A DNA stretch of 64,000 bases, from the NCBI RefSeq assembly GCF_964204645.1, contig NC_134035.1, positions 7,968,451-8,032,450 of the forward strand, in the 5' to 3' direction. The notes under the pieces were generated by a model. The model did no database searches, was not told the origin of the DNA, and was given only the letters and a program-made list of their open reading frames with translations. A program made the position numbers and the translations under genes. Positions 62,701-64,000 of the stretch are shown in pieces (positions within the stretch are counted from its first letter, which is position 1; every line of letters begins with the position of its first letter). This DNA is from Tubulanus polymorphus (Eukaryota > Animalia > Nemertea).

Positions 62701-63862
62701 ACTTTTTCGTCGATCTTTTTAACCTGAAAAAATGTCACTTCAGAATGAAAATAAGATTTATATTCATAAACGAACTCGACTGAAAACATTAACCCATTAG
62801 CGCTCAAGCAGCCCGTATCCGCCCTGCCTGTTGCTCAAGCCGACCCGGCACTTTTTTGTATGCTGCACAAAACCGGTTATAGCGGGATTTGAAGCCAATA
62901 GCTTATGATAAACTAGACATCTAAGTCCTCGAAATGCCCAACAGAAATCGACATCCACCTATTTCAATTTCTTGAGTATTTATTGCGAGTATGAACATGA
63001 CAGGTCTGAGCGCTCACTTCAAATCCAAGTAAGTTTCGGGAGGCCAAAAGGGACACAATTTTGGTGGCCCACCTCATCAAATCTTACATTACATGAAAGC
63101 CTTGACTCTTTATACACATAACACTAAGTTGTAATGCATGGAAATAAACAGCAAATGAGCCATTCGGTATCGCGATGAACTTGGATTTTCTGAGGAGTAA
63201 TTGACACTACATAGTGAAATTCCTGAGTGCTAATGGGTTAATGTACTGGTAACAAGGAAGTATGTCTTACTAGTAACAAGGAAGTATGTCTTACTGGTAA
63301 CAAGGAAGTACCGGTGAATGTCTTATATTGATTGCTAAGAAGGTAATCAATGAATGGCAATCAATAATGAGGTGGATTATCAAGCGTGTATCAGGTTTTT
63401 TTCATAAAAAGGCGCAGTTTTTGTGGCCTTTATATTGACAAAAGCCTTACTATCTATATACTTAAAACTAGAACATTGAGAGGGCGCTCAAACCCGAACC
63501 GTTTAAACACATATGCAACGGATGCAAGCAGGCTTCTATAATGTTGTAAATGCTGAGCAATAAGTGGCTTCAATAGACAAATAACTTTCCAATTCAATAT
63601 AAGAAAAACCCACAAAATTGTGAAACAGAGTATTTGACGCTTTGACTCAATTCTAAGAGCAATTTTCAAACCTGCTTAGCAATTAATTCAACATTGATTC
63701 TAATTTAACACACTAATCACGCACCTGTTCTTGCGTTATCGAAGAATCTCCTTTCGCGTTGGCTTGCTGTAGCTTGGCAGATTTCTCGTTTTTACACGCT
63801 AAATGATATTCCTTTTTACATTTCATAACTTTGCTTAGTTTTTTGGCCCACGGTTTTTGTAC
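53729..63862 (-). CDS. PACSIN: PACSIN/syndapin (F-BAR, NPF linker, SH3); 5' exons lie beyond right edge
   Basis: Exons 63725-63862, 62598-62723, 61432-61532, 61227-61347, 60556-60755, 58668-59123, 57414-57515, 54249-54394, 53729-53835. [67 protein letters not shown], three NPF motifs, SH3 VRALFDY...[22 protein letters not shown]. Paralogue number not assignable. Confidence 0.96.
53941..54074. mobile_element. Short MITE with GGGCCCGGTTTCACGAAAAAG TIRs
   Basis: gggcccggtttcacgaaaaagtt ... aactttttcgtgaaactaggccc; related short copy at 26113-26192. Confidence 0.7.
54549..54877. mobile_element. Inverted repeat with degenerate hammerhead cores (Penelope-like pLTR remnant)
   Basis: gagtcc...ggactc ends; plus arm gtattc-CTGAAGA(54807)-tgac...-GAAA(54833)-tgttga; minus arm gtattc-CTGAAAA-tgac-agatgatata-gtcgt-GAAA-cgtt-gaaataaa. 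Confidence 0.6.
55170..55432. mobile_element. Palindromic MITE
   Basis: cctcgaaaatccactagg ... cctagtggattttcaagg with long internal arm similarity. Confidence 0.7.
55793..56078. mobile_element. piggyBac-type MITE, family copy 2
   Basis: TTAA-CCCCTTCAGTGC ... GCACTGAAAGGG-TTAA. Confidence 0.85.
56534..56805. mobile_element. PIF/Harbinger-type MITE (TTA TSD)
   Basis: tta|gcctagcgcactcaac ... gttgcgtgcgctaggc|tta. Confidence 0.72.
57708..57998. mobile_element. piggyBac-type MITE, family copy 3
   Basis: TTAA-CCCTTTCAGTG ... CGCTGAAAGGG-TTAA. Confidence 0.85.
59212..59468. mobile_element. piggyBac-type MITE, family copy 4
   Basis: TTAA-CCCTTTCAGT ... ACTGAAAGAG-TTAA. Confidence 0.8.
61547..62138. 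mobile_element. GGACAATTGCCCC-family MITE (61651-62116) inserted in a ~36-bp minisatellite
   Basis: Units agattactgcacc..tcggcaccagagatgaactct before the insert and resuming after it; gaactcta on both sides. Confidence 0.7.
62789..63241. mobile_element. piggyBac-type non-autonomous element, second family
   Basis: TTAA-CCCATTAGCGCTCA ... TGAGTGCTAATGGG-TTAA. Confidence 0.8.
63244..63311. repeat. 24-bp tandem repeat, ~2.8 copies
   Basis: tactggtaacaaggaagtatgtct repeated. Confidence 0.9.
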
Positions 63863-64000
63863 CTGAAACGACGAAACGGAACGAAAAACGCTGAATGGTT
63901 ATTCTTCGAACGGCGGCAACCTGCAGACCGAGCGATATCGATTTCACAGCCAGCAGAATAAAGAGATCTGACTTCGATAAAGACTATCCATTAACAGACA

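Overview
AT-rich eukaryotic (invertebrate animal, probably lophotrochozoan-like; taxon is inference) genomic DNA with intron-rich genes and many short transposon derivatives; nothing prokaryotic and no CRISPR. Gene models built by hand from splice sites and translation: NUP160 (- strand, 26 exons, 3' end runs off the left edge, one U12-type intron), PLEKHF2/Phafin2 (-, 9 coding exons, 280 aa) head-to-head with RNASEK (+, 2 exons, 98 aa), importin-7 (-, 24 exons, 1029 aa), an unassigned single-coding-exon 316-aa membrane protein (+), and PACSIN/syndapin (-, 5' end off the right edge). Introns hold MITEs of several families, two Helentron/HINE-like elements, a decayed Mutator-like transposase, RTE and CR1 LINE 3' fragments, tRNA-derived SINE heads and two inverted repeats with degenerate hammerhead-ribozyme cores. 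I see no evidence for a wholly new multi-gene system. The best leads are the orphan membrane protein, a CLEAR/M-box bidirectional promoter shared by two endolysosomal genes, a triplicated splice acceptor in IPO7, NPF-bearing cassette exons in PACSIN and the hammerhead-like palindromes. Coordinates were counted by eye and may be off by a few bases for repeats.
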